A DNA stretch of 64,000 nucleotides from Clostridiales bacterium. GTDB taxonomy: Bacteria > Bacillota > Clostridia > Christensenellales > UBA1242. Shown piece after piece: positions 5,729 through 16,400 of the stretch (the stretch's first letter is position 1; each line of letters begins with the position of its first letter). Under the pieces are notes generated by a model. The model did no database searches and was not told the origin of the DNA. It was given only the letters and a program-made list of their open reading frames with translations. The position numbers and the translations under genes were made by a program. The DNA is taken from assembly GCA_003524095.1 (NCBI GenBank), contig DOEE01000003.1:258148-322147 (forward strand). Direction: 5' to 3'.

Positions 5729-5757
5729 ATTCTATGAATTAAAAAATTTATTTATGA
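5729..5757 (-). promoter_or_regulatory. possible sigmaE-type promoter of yabP-yabQ-divIC
   Basis: On the minus strand: TCATAAA, 14 nt, then CATAGAAT. Compare the B. subtilis sigmaE consensus kmATATT-N13-15-CATACAnT. The -35 match is weak. Confidence 0.3.
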
Positions 5758-5904
5758 AAAAATGCTTATATTTAAAAATTTATGTAACCATTTTGAAATT
5801 TTGTGATAAAATATTATAGTTAGAAAACAAACAAACATAATTATTCAAGGTAAAAATTTAAAAATCAACAATCAAAATCAATTAATCATTAAACAAAATT
5901 TTAT

Positions 5905-7056
5905 GTGGGGTCAAAAGTGGCAAAAGAGACAAGAACCAAGTTGGACATTTCAAAGAAAGAAAATAGTCAGGATAGAGAGATTGTAAGACTAAATAAAAGT
6001 TATGATAGAATTAATAATTCATCGAGTAAACTATTTTATTCAAGCATAATCTGTCTTAATATCCTGACACTCTTTGTTTGTGTTTTTTATCTAAACTCAA
6101 AACAAAAAATAGAAGACATAAATATGGTGCTTAGTGGATTTGATTACAATTTATTAATCTTGCTTTCAGTAATGTTTGTAGCAGTGATAATATTAAAAGC
6201 GCTTCCACTATATTTAAGGATATACAGCAAAGTAAAAAATAGGCGATTTGGATATGTTTTAGGAGCGACTGTTGCGGGTGAATTTTTTGGCAAAGTCACA
6301 ATTTATGGACTTGGGGAAAATTCTGTTGTAACAAAGAATTTACAAAATAAGTCTGTGAGTCCAAATCTTTCAATTGATGTAAAATACGGTGCAAATGTAT
6401 TTAGGAATTTGTCTCAATTGATATTTTGGTTTGTGACAATTGTTCTTGGCTTGATATTTTGTATCAATAGTATAAAGAGTTGGCTTGTTGTAATTGGTCT
6501 TATATCTTTTATTGTAATATTTTCAAGTACAATATTTGTATTTGTTTTTAAGGCAAACAAAAAATTTGGCATTGATGTTGTTTCCAAATTTGTTAAGGTA
6601 TTGTATAATTTGGGGCTAACAAAAAATTATGAAGAAACATACAACAAAATGTTGGATAAAGTAATTGTATCGGCCAATGGTATAAAACAAGATGGTTGGC
6701 TAACATTTGTAGAAATTTTCTCTGGACTGCTTTGTGAGTTTTTGAAAGGTGCTATGATTTATTTTTTGGTAGTAACGCTTAATTTGGCAGAGAGTACCAT
6801 AATATTTGAGATATTGTTTAAGTTTTCTATAATGCAATTAATATTTAAACTTTGGCCATTGCAAAGCGGAACATTAATATTTGAATTATTGTTTGTGGCT
6901 TTGTTTAAAAATATCTTCTTTTCGGGATATGTTTTCTGGGGGCTAATAATTTATAGATTTTTTGATTTGTTTGCTTATGCGATTGTATACTTAATTCAAG
7001 TTGTTATTAAAAGTATTTTAAACACCAAATCTAAAAAATCAACAAAAACAAATTAA
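5905..7056 (+). CDS. polytopic membrane protein (possibly UPF0104/flippase-like family); start uncertain
   Basis: 383-aa ORF starting from GTG, with no ATG before codon 73. It has a hydrophilic N-terminus followed by about 8 hydrophobic helices. The family assignment comes only from the overall layout. Confidence 0.55.
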   Translation: MGSKVAKETRTKLDISKKENSQDREIVRLNKSYDRINNSSSKLFYSSIICLNILTLFVCVFYLNSKQKIEDINMVLSGFDYNLLILLSVMFVAVIILKALPLYLRIYSKVKNRRFGYVLGATVAGEFFGKVTIYGLGENSVVTKNLQNKSVSPNLSIDVKYGANVFRNLSQLIFWFVTIVLGLIFCINSIKSWLVVIGLISFIVIFSSTIFVFVFKANKKFGIDVVSKFVKVLYNLGLTKNYEETYNKMLDKVIVSANGIKQDGWLTFVEIFSGLLCEFLKGAMIYFLVVTLNLAESTIIFEILFKFSIMQLIFKLWPLQSGTLIFELLFVALFKNIFFSGYVFWGLIIYRFFDLFAYAIVYLIQVVIKSILNTKSKKSTKTN

Positions 7057-7115
7057 ATTCAATTTGTAAATTTGAATAAAACATTATTGTTTATTATGTA
7101 AAATTGACAACAACT

Positions 7116-7161
7116 AAAAAGATATTGACAAAAATAAGTGTGTTATTGTCAATATCTTTTT
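7116..7161. terminator. bidirectional terminator between convergent genes
   Basis: A 16-bp stem AAAAAGATATTGACAA/TTGTCAATATCTTTTT (7116-7131 with 7146-7161), which provides an A-run on one side and a T-run on the other. Confidence 0.7.
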
Positions 7162-7166
7162 CAATT

Positions 7167-8330
7167 TTAATTAATACTTTTGAATGGAACTGTGCGATAA
7201 TGATAATCGTAGACTTTTTCACAAGTGAATAACTTGTCTAAAATTTGTGTGTTTTCTCTTAGTGCTTTTCCATTTATTTTATAATAATAAAAGTGGTAAG
7301 TGTCCGATACTTTTTGAATGGGATTTGGGTCTCCGCACTCAAAAAATATTTTAAAACCGCTTGTTATAAGCAACTCTTGTTTGCTTGAATTTTCATCGTT
7401 CTCGCCATAAGGGTAGGCATACAAGTTTGTCGTTCCAATAAGTGGGCTTACTTCAGCATTCCAAAGCGACAAATCTTTTGCAAACTCCATATCGCTTAGA
7501 CTGCTATCTAACTTATATGAATAGTTGTTGCATCCAAATTGCCAACCTAAACTTTTTAGTTTTTTGATTACTTCGCTTACTCTTTTTGATTCATATTTAC
7601 TACTTGCGTTTTTGTGATTTGTGTTATACCCAAGTATTCCATTTTCTCCAGTTAAAAAAATTATTCCTTTTGCTCCATTAAAACTAAAGTCAGGAAATTG
7701 TTTGATAAAGTTTTCGAGAATTAAGATAAATTCATTGTCGTATGCAACTCTATCTTGAATGCTCTTTTTAGTGGTGTATGTTGCAAGGTTGTTATTTCGG
7801 TCAATAATTATTTTGTCAATTTCTCCAAGGTTTTGATAATTGCTCTTGTATGAGACGTTATCAAATACAAGCAAAATTGGTTTTTTGTTTTTTGGTAATT
7901 TTAGCGGTATTTGCTCTAGTGTTTTTGAATCAATAATTTGGTTAATACTAATTAAAACATAGTTGTTTTTGTAGAGTTCATATAATATATTTTTAAACTC
8001 AGATATAGTAATTTTGCTTTCGTCAAAACTAGCACTGAGATTGTTGTTGTCGCCCAAGGCTTTTTCGGGAAATGCCATTAATGTGTTGAATGACAAACTG
8101 AATATTTCTCCATCGTAATTATATAATTCGTGTGATGGAAAATTAAGATTATTTGTAGTATGAAAACATGTTTCTTTTCTAAATGTATTAGCCTTAAAAT
8201 TATTTAAATTTAATATTGTTTGTATTATTGAACAGCCAAACACAACTAATGAAGATATAACAAAAAATATGACAAATATCGTCAAAAGTTTTTTGGTTAA
8301 TTTAAATTTTGATGTTTTGTAATTTTGCAT
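7167..8330 (-). CDS. membrane-anchored polysaccharide deacetylase-like protein (divergent NodB fold, catalytic motifs degenerate)
   Basis: 387 aa with an N-terminal TM helix. ISEFKNILYELYKNNYVLISINQII, PILLVFDNVSY and GWQFGCNNYSY lie where NodB-family proteins carry their conserved motifs. The usual TFDDG and H-x-x-x-H residues are not conserved. Confidence 0.4.
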   Translation of the reverse strand: MQNYKTSKFKLTKKLLTIFVIFFVISSLVVFGCSIIQTILNLNNFKANTFRKETCFHTTNNLNFPSHELYNYDGEIFSLSFNTLMAFPEKALGDNNNLSASFDESKITISEFKNILYELYKNNYVLISINQIIDSKTLEQIPLKLPKNKKPILLVFDNVSYKSNYQNLGEIDKIIIDRNNNLATYTTKKSIQDRVAYDNEFILILENFIKQFPDFSFNGAKGIIFLTGENGILGYNTNHKNASSKYESKRVSEVIKKLKSLGWQFGCNNYSYKLDSSLSDMEFAKDLSLWNAEVSPLIGTTNLYAYPYGENDENSSKQELLITSGFKIFFECGDPNPIQKVSDTYHFYYYKINGKALRENTQILDKLFTCEKVYDYHYRTVPFKSIN

Positions 8331-8523
8331 TGTACCACCTAAATAATGTCATCAATATGTATATTATTGACAATAACCCTAATATTACTGACAAATATCG
8401 TATTATTCCAAATATATTTATTTTTGTATCTTATTTGGTCTACTTGTCAATAATTACTTAAATGTAATTATTTTTAGCATGTGTAAAATTACATAAAATA
8501 TAAACAGGGAGTATTATTTTGTT

Positions 8524-8880
8524 ATGAAAAGAATGGTATCTTTAATTATAGTTTTTGTTATTGTTTTGCTTTTGTATTTTTTTAATTTTACCAACCTAAA
8601 TTTAATGTTAAAAGTACAGGGTTTTGAAGTTGAAAACTTTGAATATAATGACAACTATCAAACGCTAGAACTTGATGCGAGTAGTTTAAATAAGTTAACT
8701 AGTTTTTTAAACTTGGAAGTAGTAAATAAAAATGAAATTTCGGATAGGGTTATCATCGAAGGTTATTCAAATAAACTAAAAGATTATGTGGTTATTAACG
8801 GCAGAAAAGTTAATATTCAGTTGTCTATTTTTGATAACAAAATAATCATGGGTTATCCTTTAATTAATGGTTCGTTCTGA
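8524..8880 (+). CDS. hypothetical membrane-anchored protein
   Basis: 118-aa ORF with an N-terminal TM helix. It ends in TGA. No family recognised. Confidence 0.55.
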   Translation: MKRMVSLIIVFVIVLLLYFFNFTNLNLMLKVQGFEVENFEYNDNYQTLELDASSLNKLTSFLNLEVVNKNEISDRVIIEGYSNKLKDYVVINGRKVNIQLSIFDNKIIMGYPLINGSF

Positions 8881-8959
8881 TTTTGAAAAATAAATTAATT
8901 TTCAAGTATAAGACTTAAAATTGAAGTCAATACTTAAAAATCAAATGGAGGTTTTTGAT

Positions 8960-9541
8960 ATGGAAAATTCAACTTTAAAGCAAAAGATGACGAACGTTTT
9001 TAGACGTTATGGGTATTACTTACTACTTGGTGTTTTGGTGCTAGGTGCTATTCTTACAATGGTTTTGATAGGTTCTAATAGTAGCAAACAAAATGTAACT
9101 GAGCCTACAAGCACAAAGGTATCTCCTTATATGCCAGTACTTAATGCTACGTTGTACAAAGGTTATTATGCAGATGAACTTTGTTATAATTCCACTCTTA
9201 AGCAATGGGAAACACATAACGGTATTGACTTGGCTGTAGAAACCGGCAGTTCGGTTTATTCTATTTTGGATGGAGTTGTCAAAGATGTTTATTCAAACGT
9301 ACTTGACGGAACTTGTATTGTAATTGAACACGACGGTGGACTTACTAGTAAATATGGTTCTCTTTCAACCGATGTAAAAGTGAAGGTAGGCGATAATGTG
9401 AGTAGGGGCGATATTATCGGCGCTGTATCTGAATCTGCAAATTCCGAATGTGATGCTGGTGCGCACTTGCATTTTTCGATGTTTGACAATGACAAAAAGA
9501 TTGATCCTGCTGCATATCTAAATATTTCTACTAACAAATAA
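8960..9541 (+). CDS. M23/LytM-family metallopeptidase with N-terminal TM anchor (SpoIIQ-like)
   Basis: I prefer ATG 8960 because GGAGG is 8 nt upstream. The TM helix is followed by HNGIDL (the HxxxD motif) and GAHLHF (the HxH motif). It sits close to spoIIID, as spoIIQ does in Bacillus. Confidence 0.75.
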   Translation: MENSTLKQKMTNVFRRYGYYLLLGVLVLGAILTMVLIGSNSSKQNVTEPTSTKVSPYMPVLNATLYKGYYADELCYNSTLKQWETHNGIDLAVETGSSVYSILDGVVKDVYSNVLDGTCIVIEHDGGLTSKYGSLSTDVKVKVGDNVSRGDIIGAVSESANSECDAGAHLHFSMFDNDKKIDPAAYLNISTNK

Positions 9542-9630
9542 TTTTTAATTCTTTTAAATTTTGCTTTACACTTTTGACTAAAGTTGTTACAATTAAACTG
9601 TATAATTCGTAAAAATTTAAGGAGAAGACT

Positions 9631-9864
9631 ATGACTTTTGATAAAGTAAAAAAATTACTTGCTGACCAATTAAATATTGATGCTGGCAAGATTACTGAAA
9701 ATAGCAAAGTAATAGATGATTTGGGAGCAGATTCTCTTGATGTTGTAGAAATGCTTATGACTTTGGAAGATGAATTTAATGTTACTGTAACAGACGAAGA
9801 AAGTGTTAATCTTAAGACTGTTGGTGATATAGTTAAATTAATTGATTCCAAAACAAAAAAGTAA
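9631..9864 (+). CDS. acpP: acyl carrier protein
   Basis: 77 aa containing the LGADSLDVVEMLM phosphopantetheine-attachment motif. RBS AAGGAG is present. Confidence 0.9.
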   Translation: MTFDKVKKLLADQLNIDAGKITENSKVIDDLGADSLDVVEMLMTLEDEFNVTVTDEESVNLKTVGDIVKLIDSKTKK

Positions 9865-9934
9865 TTAGTTGACTTTTTTAGGGCTTTTTAAAAAATATCT
9901 CTTAAACTTTTAAGGGGTATTTTTTTGTTTTTTG

Positions 9935-9963
9935 GCATATTGTGTCAAATTTTGTCATATTTT
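9935..9963 (+). promoter_or_regulatory. sigmaE-type promoter candidate of spoIIID
   Basis: GCATATT (9935-9941), a 14-nt spacer, then CATATTTT (9956-9963). Compare kmATATT-N13-15-CATACAnT. It lies about 30 nt upstream of the start codon. Confidence 0.4.
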
Positions 9964-9993
9964 TTAACAATACTAATTTGTTTTGGGGGAAGT

Positions 9994-10236
9994 ATGAAAA
10001 AACGTGAAGAACAATTTGCCATTTATATTATTGATAATAACTGCACAATTAGAATGTGTGCAAATCACTTTAACATAAGCAAAAGCACAGTGCATAATGA
10101 TTTATCAAAAAAACTAAAGATAACAAATAAGTTTTTATATGCCCAGGTGTATAGGGTACTTGATAAAAATTTAAATGAACGGAGTATGCGTGGCGGAATG
10201 GCAACCAAGTTAAAATATCTCAAACTTAAAAAATAA
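9994..10236 (+). CDS. spoIIID: sporulation transcriptional regulator SpoIIID
   Basis: I prefer ATG 9994 because a GGGGGAAG RBS precedes it. ISKSTVHNDLSKKL (helix-turn-helix) and the C-terminal RGGMATKLKY match B. subtilis SpoIIID (VSKSTVHKDL ... GGESTKLKY). Confidence 0.85.
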   Translation: MKKREEQFAIYIIDNNCTIRMCANHFNISKSTVHNDLSKKLKITNKFLYAQVYRVLDKNLNERSMRGGMATKLKYLKLKK

Positions 10237-10272
10237 TTTTGACTATATATTTTTCAAACTATGCTAAATAAT

Positions 10273-10301
10273 TTGACAATTTTATACAAAATAAATAAAC
10301 T
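10273..10301 (+). promoter_or_regulatory. sigmaA-type promoter candidate of giant gene 1
   Basis: TTGACA (10273-10278), a 17-nt spacer, then TAAACT (10296-10301). A TA-alternating tract at 10312-10334 lies between it and the RBS GGAGAATGG. Confidence 0.4.
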
Positions 10302-10380
10302 ATATTAGAACTTATATATATTTATATATATATTTTGAAAATTTGCTCACAATAATTTAAAGCAGTTTGGAGAATGGAAG

Positions 10381-10446
10381 ATGAAAAAGAGACTTGTTTT
10401 GTTTGGAATATTATTATGTTCAATATTTGGATTGTTTGTCGGTTGT
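10381..10446 (+). other. lipoprotein-type signal peptide of giant protein 1 (lipobox FVGC, Cys22)
   Basis: KKR n-region, a 15-residue hydrophobic core, then L-F-V-G-C. Confidence 0.6.
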
Positions 10447-13400
10447 ACAAATGACCCATACAAGGATTTACAACTTATTAATCTAAATAACGAAAGTGAT
10501 GTTCAACTATTTGTTGAACAAACTTATGTTAACAACAAAATGGAATACACATATCCTACATATGATTTGGAAGTTGAAATCAAAAACGCACCAAAGGATA
10601 TGTCCAAATATGTTTTGGTTAGTGGCGGTAGAGAACTTGTAAATTATTCTATCAACTACATAGGACTCAATAAATCCAGAATTTCAATAACACCAATTTC
10701 TTATGATAAAACTGGTAAATTTACGCTTGTGGTTAAGACCGAAGAAGGAAACAAATCTTTGAATATTAACTTTAGAGTTGATTTAAAGATTACAAGTTTT
10801 AATTACAAGGAAGAAAATCTAGGCGTTATGGTCAAGGGCGAACAATTAGATTTGACAGACCTAGACAAATATATTACTTTTAGTCCTGCAGAGACTTCCC
10901 AAAGAGACATTGAATTTGAAGTTGTTTATCCAATTAGTGGTGCTATTAACGGAAGAAACAATGTTTCATATAAGGAAGAAGATTCTTATGGAAAATTTGC
11001 CGAAATCAAAAATGGAATTTTGTATACATATTCAAAGGATAGTGACGGAAAGGCTATTAACTATCCAAAGTTAAAAACATCAGCAACAATTGAAGGCGAA
11101 ACCGGACAAGATGTTTTTGTTCAATGTATTCCTTTGAAGGCTTCTTACAAAGGTCAAAAACCCGAAGGCTCTACACTAGAAGATAAGTACATTGATATTG
11201 TTGTAATTGAGAATTGCGAAAACGTTTCACTTAGAATGGAATGTCAAAAAGACGGCGATGAAAGTTATGTGGGACAAAAGGGTTCGTTTGAACTTAGCAA
11301 AAACGAAAGCGGAGAATATGATGTTAGTCTAATATGTCCACATCCCGAAGCCGGCATTTGGTACGACGATTATTATACAAATAGAACTTTGAGTTTTGAT
11401 TTTGTTACTGGTGGAGATGATAGCACATATTATAATCCAAATGATTATATGGTTTTGTTAAACTCCGATAAATCCGGTTCTAATATAATTCAAAATGAGT
11501 ATGTAACTCTTTCTTCTTTTGGAAATATTGACAATACTTTTAGTGTGAGTGCGACAGGTGCAGGGGTTTATAAACACAAATTTAAAATTGACAACAAAAA
11601 TTATCCGGGTATTATTAATACCGAAGTTGTTGTTAATTTCCATGTTATAAATCTTCCTTATCAAGTCAAGATAAATAATGCTGTTGATATCAAACAAAAT
11701 GACAAAAGCGATTTGAATGTATTTACTGTGTTCAAAAATTATGGTGGCTCAAGGGGAACTAAATTTGAAGTCAAATTCAATAATTCTTCTGATTATAAGT
11801 ATTTTGTGTATGCAAAAGATGATGAAGTAATAGATAATTTAACCATGTACAAAGTCGATGGCTCAACTCAAATCTTTGGAAAATATGAGTTTGATGATAG
11901 TACTGGAACCGCCATAATAAAATCTAGTTCAAAAAATAATTTTGATTACTCAACCTTTAGAAATGGCGAATCTTTTTATTTGAGACATTCATATGCAATT
12001 CTTCCCGAAGAACAAAAACAACTTTTCATAGGAATTATGTATAATGTTGCTTCGGATAGTTATTCTGATGATGTAAAACAAAGATATTTTGTAAACAACT
12101 TTATTGAATTTCCAATTAATTTGGATTTTGAGGTGGGTGTTGAAAATATTACTTTTACTGAGAACAAATATTTGTTAGATGTTACAAATCCAAACTATAA
12201 TAATGATATTGAAGATGATGGTGGTGTTCTATTATTTGAACTTAGTCAGGGTCAATCATTGGATAGCGTTCTTGATATAAACGACTTAAGTTATGATAGA
12301 GAGTTAATTAAGGTTTATCCTTACTTTAATGACAACGAAAACAAAACATATATCTATATGAAAGCCAATAGTACTTACAAAACAGGCACGACCACTTTGT
12401 TTGTAAGAACAAAAAATGGAGTTCAAAACTCTGTTAATATTACAACATTTATTCCGACTATTTATGCCGAAAACGAAACGATAACTGACGAAGCAGAAAA
12501 AATGCCATTGTCTGTTAGTTTTGACTCCGATGATGTGCTTTATTACTTTACTGGAAAATCAATCCGCTTTGATGAAGTTCTCAATAGAGATGTTGTTGAT
12601 GATCCACATGCCAAATACAATTTGTACAAAAATGGTATGCAAATTGGGTGGAATTACACATCACTAAACAAATTGTTTATGATTAATGGGACATCTCTTG
12701 ATCTTAAGTTTTATGATTATTTGGTAGTGGAAAATAACGGAGTAATGAGTGTTACTCCAATTGATATTACTAATAATGTTGATGTCAAATTTAATTTTGA
12801 CGGATTTGCAAGTTTCTCTAACGGACGCTTGAGTGTATCTAAAGTTACCGAAGACAAGTCCAATCCTCTAACTATGACAATCAGTTATAGTGGTGGATAT
12901 GTTAAAGATGTTGATGGAAAACAAACTTATGTGTCCTATCCAGTAACTTTAAAAGTAGATGTGTATATTTATCTACCTTTGCAGGGTGTAAAAGTTACAT
13001 CTCCAAAAAATGTAGATATTTATATTGATGATTCACTTGGCATAATGGACAAGACCAAAAAATTGTCGACTCATACTATTGAGTCTGACTATGTTCCAAA
13101 TGAAATTAAACTTGGTGCTGATTGGAATAATGATGCAACATATTTTGATTCAAAAAACCCACCAGTTAACTTGTATTACGATATTCAAGATGTTTTGAAT
13201 TCGCCTGTAATTATAGATGGCAAAGAACTCGTTTTGTACTCCAAAGAAGGTCTTCCTATGGTTATCCATGATACAAATGGAGATAGGGGGCTGGTTTATG
13301 GCGATTTATTTGAAATAATTTCAACAAATAACAAATACAACTGTATGCTTAAAGCAGTTATTAGCGAAAAATTCAAAAATTGGATTGTTAGTCCAACTGG

Positions 13401-16400
13401 CGGAAATTACAACAACGACGAATACTATTGGTTCTTGAAAAATAGAGTATTTAATAATAATATTTCGATGTCGGTTAACGTTTATATTTCGCAATTTATG
13501 AAGTTGCAAAATATCAATAATATTAGATTTAACGTTAAATATACAAGCAAAGTAAGTTCATTAGATTTGGATATTGCAGATGATGGTGTTTACTTTGAAA
13601 AACGCGAAAGTCAAGAAACAAAATCTATTACAATTGGCTATTCAATTGGCAATCCTTTGGCTATTAACAAAGATATCATGTTGCTAAATAGTATCAATGG
13701 TGTCTTTGAAGCAAGAGTTAACGCAGGTGCATCTAGTGTAAATGGCACTATTACTATCACTCCTAAAAATTCAGGAATTGAATACTTAACAGTCGTTCCA
13801 ATGGATAATATCAAATCATATGACGAAACAACTGGAACTTATGTATATTATGACCAAAGTTTAGTTCAAAAGTTCCGTGTCAAAGTTGCTGACGGAAGCA
13901 TAATAATGCCTTTTGAAATTAGAACAGTTGACGACTTTGTTGTTATGCAAGACGATTTGCGTGGCGGAAAGTATTTTAACTATGTGTTGGCAAGAAATAT
14001 TAATTTGTCTAAAATAGATTTGTCCAAAGATAATACTATAGTCAATATTAATGGCAAAGGTTTTAGTCTTGACGGTAAATATAGTTATTCACGAAACGGA
14101 ATTGAATATGAAAATGTTTATTCTCTTACTCATTTAAATATCAAGAAAAGTATAGAAAATCCAAGTAGTGACACAAATATTGGTCTATTTGGAAGCATTA
14201 ATAATTCTATCATTCTTAGAAACTTAAATATCATTAATTCAAATATTGAAATTACTATCAAGTCTTTGAACGGACATGCTTTGAATGTAGGTATTTTATC
14301 CGGGAAAGTAGGCGGATTAAATCTATATAATTCGTTTGTGGAAGGTCAAATAACTATCAAAAACTTGGATACAACACAAAATTCAAGCAATGTAAATATC
14401 GGTGGTGTAGTAGGTTTTGTTGAGAGTTATTCAAATGTTGTTGGACTTCCAGCTAGTTATATAGCGGGTTATTCAAATAGTCCTTACAATTCAAACGTTA
14501 GAATTGACTATACTCAATCGAATTCAAACTATACAAATCATAACTTCTCGGTTGGTGGTTTTGTAGGAAATGCTCAGGGCAAATTTGACTTGACAAGTTT
14601 AAATATTGTTTCAAGCATTTATGGACTTAATTATAAGAGTAGTGTAGGTTCGGTTGCGGGAACTTTGCTTGATGGAAAATTAGACAATGTAGTTGTATAT
14701 CCTAGCATTATTATAAATGATATTTTGAGTGACAAAGATTCTGAACTTAACATTTCAACTATGATAGGTAGCGGAAATGGTTTGGTTGTAAATTCAAAAG
14801 TTTACTTTACAAAAGATAATATTATTTCTTGGCAAAATGCATTGAAAGTTAAAGTTATCACCCAAAATCCAGTTAACTTTGGTGCTGTAATTGGGAAAAC
14901 CTTAGACGGCGAATCTAAAGTAAGTTACACCTATGTAAGGAGTTTCTATAACGAAAATACTCCTAATTTCCAAGCGGATATTTATATAAATTCAACAAAA
15001 TCTAGTAAAATTGGCGGACTTGTTGGAAGTGTCGGCGGACAAAAAATCTTGCTTGAAAATTCATACTTTAATGCAAATATTTTGACTAACGGTACCAAAG
15101 AAACTGAGACAAATACAAATCATTTGATTGGACTACTTTTGGCAGATACAAATGTGGCTAGTGGTTCTAGTGTTTCAAATAGTTATGCTATTGGTGAATT
15201 GAAAGTCATTTGTGAAGATACAAATATTTACAAACTATCCAACATAAAAGATAACTTCGGTTTAATCGTTACAAGTTATCCAAATAGTGTAAGCAAAATT
15301 TTGGATACAATTGATATTGATGTCAATGCTACAAATTCTAAGCAGTCAAACGAAATTTCCAACTTGACTATTCAAAATGTGTATGGAATAATTAATTCTA
15401 ATACTTACTACTTTGGAAACAATAGTAAGATAACCGCAATTTATGACGAGTCAAAGCCATTTATTTCGGCTACAAGCGGAAACGGAATTGTTTCGGGTCC
15501 TTATGAAAGTGTATTCGAAATCTTCAATACTTTGGGTTATAATATTATCAAAGATAGCGATTCCGAAGATGCAAACAATCCAAATCTATGTTGGATTTTG
15601 AATAAAAATGTAAACAAATCAAACAATATTGGCTTCCCAGTTTTGTTATCGGAAGAAACTCCAAAAGTTGCAATGTACGACTTGGTTCCTACTAAGATTT
15701 ATTTGGATAATATCAATGTGGTTTCTGGACTTTATAATGTTAGTACATCTGACAAAACTCAACTTATAATGATTCTCAACAAGTTGGATAAAAATTCCAA
15801 ATCGAAAGATTATTTTGATATTGAAGTTGATAGTGTTAGTTCGGCAATAAGCATTAAGTTTAATGGCGAAACAATACTTACTAAATTTTTTAGAATAAAT
15901 AGTGACTTGGAGTTTAGCGAAAATTCCAACGAACAAATTATATCAATTCAAGGCAACAAAGTTTATCCAGTTAACGAAGGTCTTGCGGTGCTTACTATAA
16001 ACTCCGTTCTTGACAAAACAGTCAAACTTGAAATTACTATCAAAGTGGTTTGTGGTGTGACAGAATTGCAATTTAAAAATGTTGTAACTGGTGAACAATT
16101 TGAAGATAAAAATGACTCGCCAAAACCTATAGTTTATATAGATGAAGTAAGTTATTTTGAAATTTTGAATAAAAATGTCTTTGACAAAAACTCTTCGAAA
16201 GAAACAGAATATTTGTCTTCAAAAGAATATGGTTACAAAATAACAGTATTAGAAAGCGAATTGCCAATTGGTAGTTTGACTATTGGTGGAAAAATCCTCA
16301 AAAATGTAGGCGATGAAATCATCGTAAGTTCAAGTAGTCTTGTTGTCAAAGGTGTAAGCATCGGAACTATTAAGTTAAAAATTACTCCAATTATATTCAT

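Noticed and set aside
9531-9851. Minus-strand 106-aa ORF overlapping acpP
   Set aside because: It is antisense to a canonical acyl carrier protein gene that has the DSL motif and an RBS.
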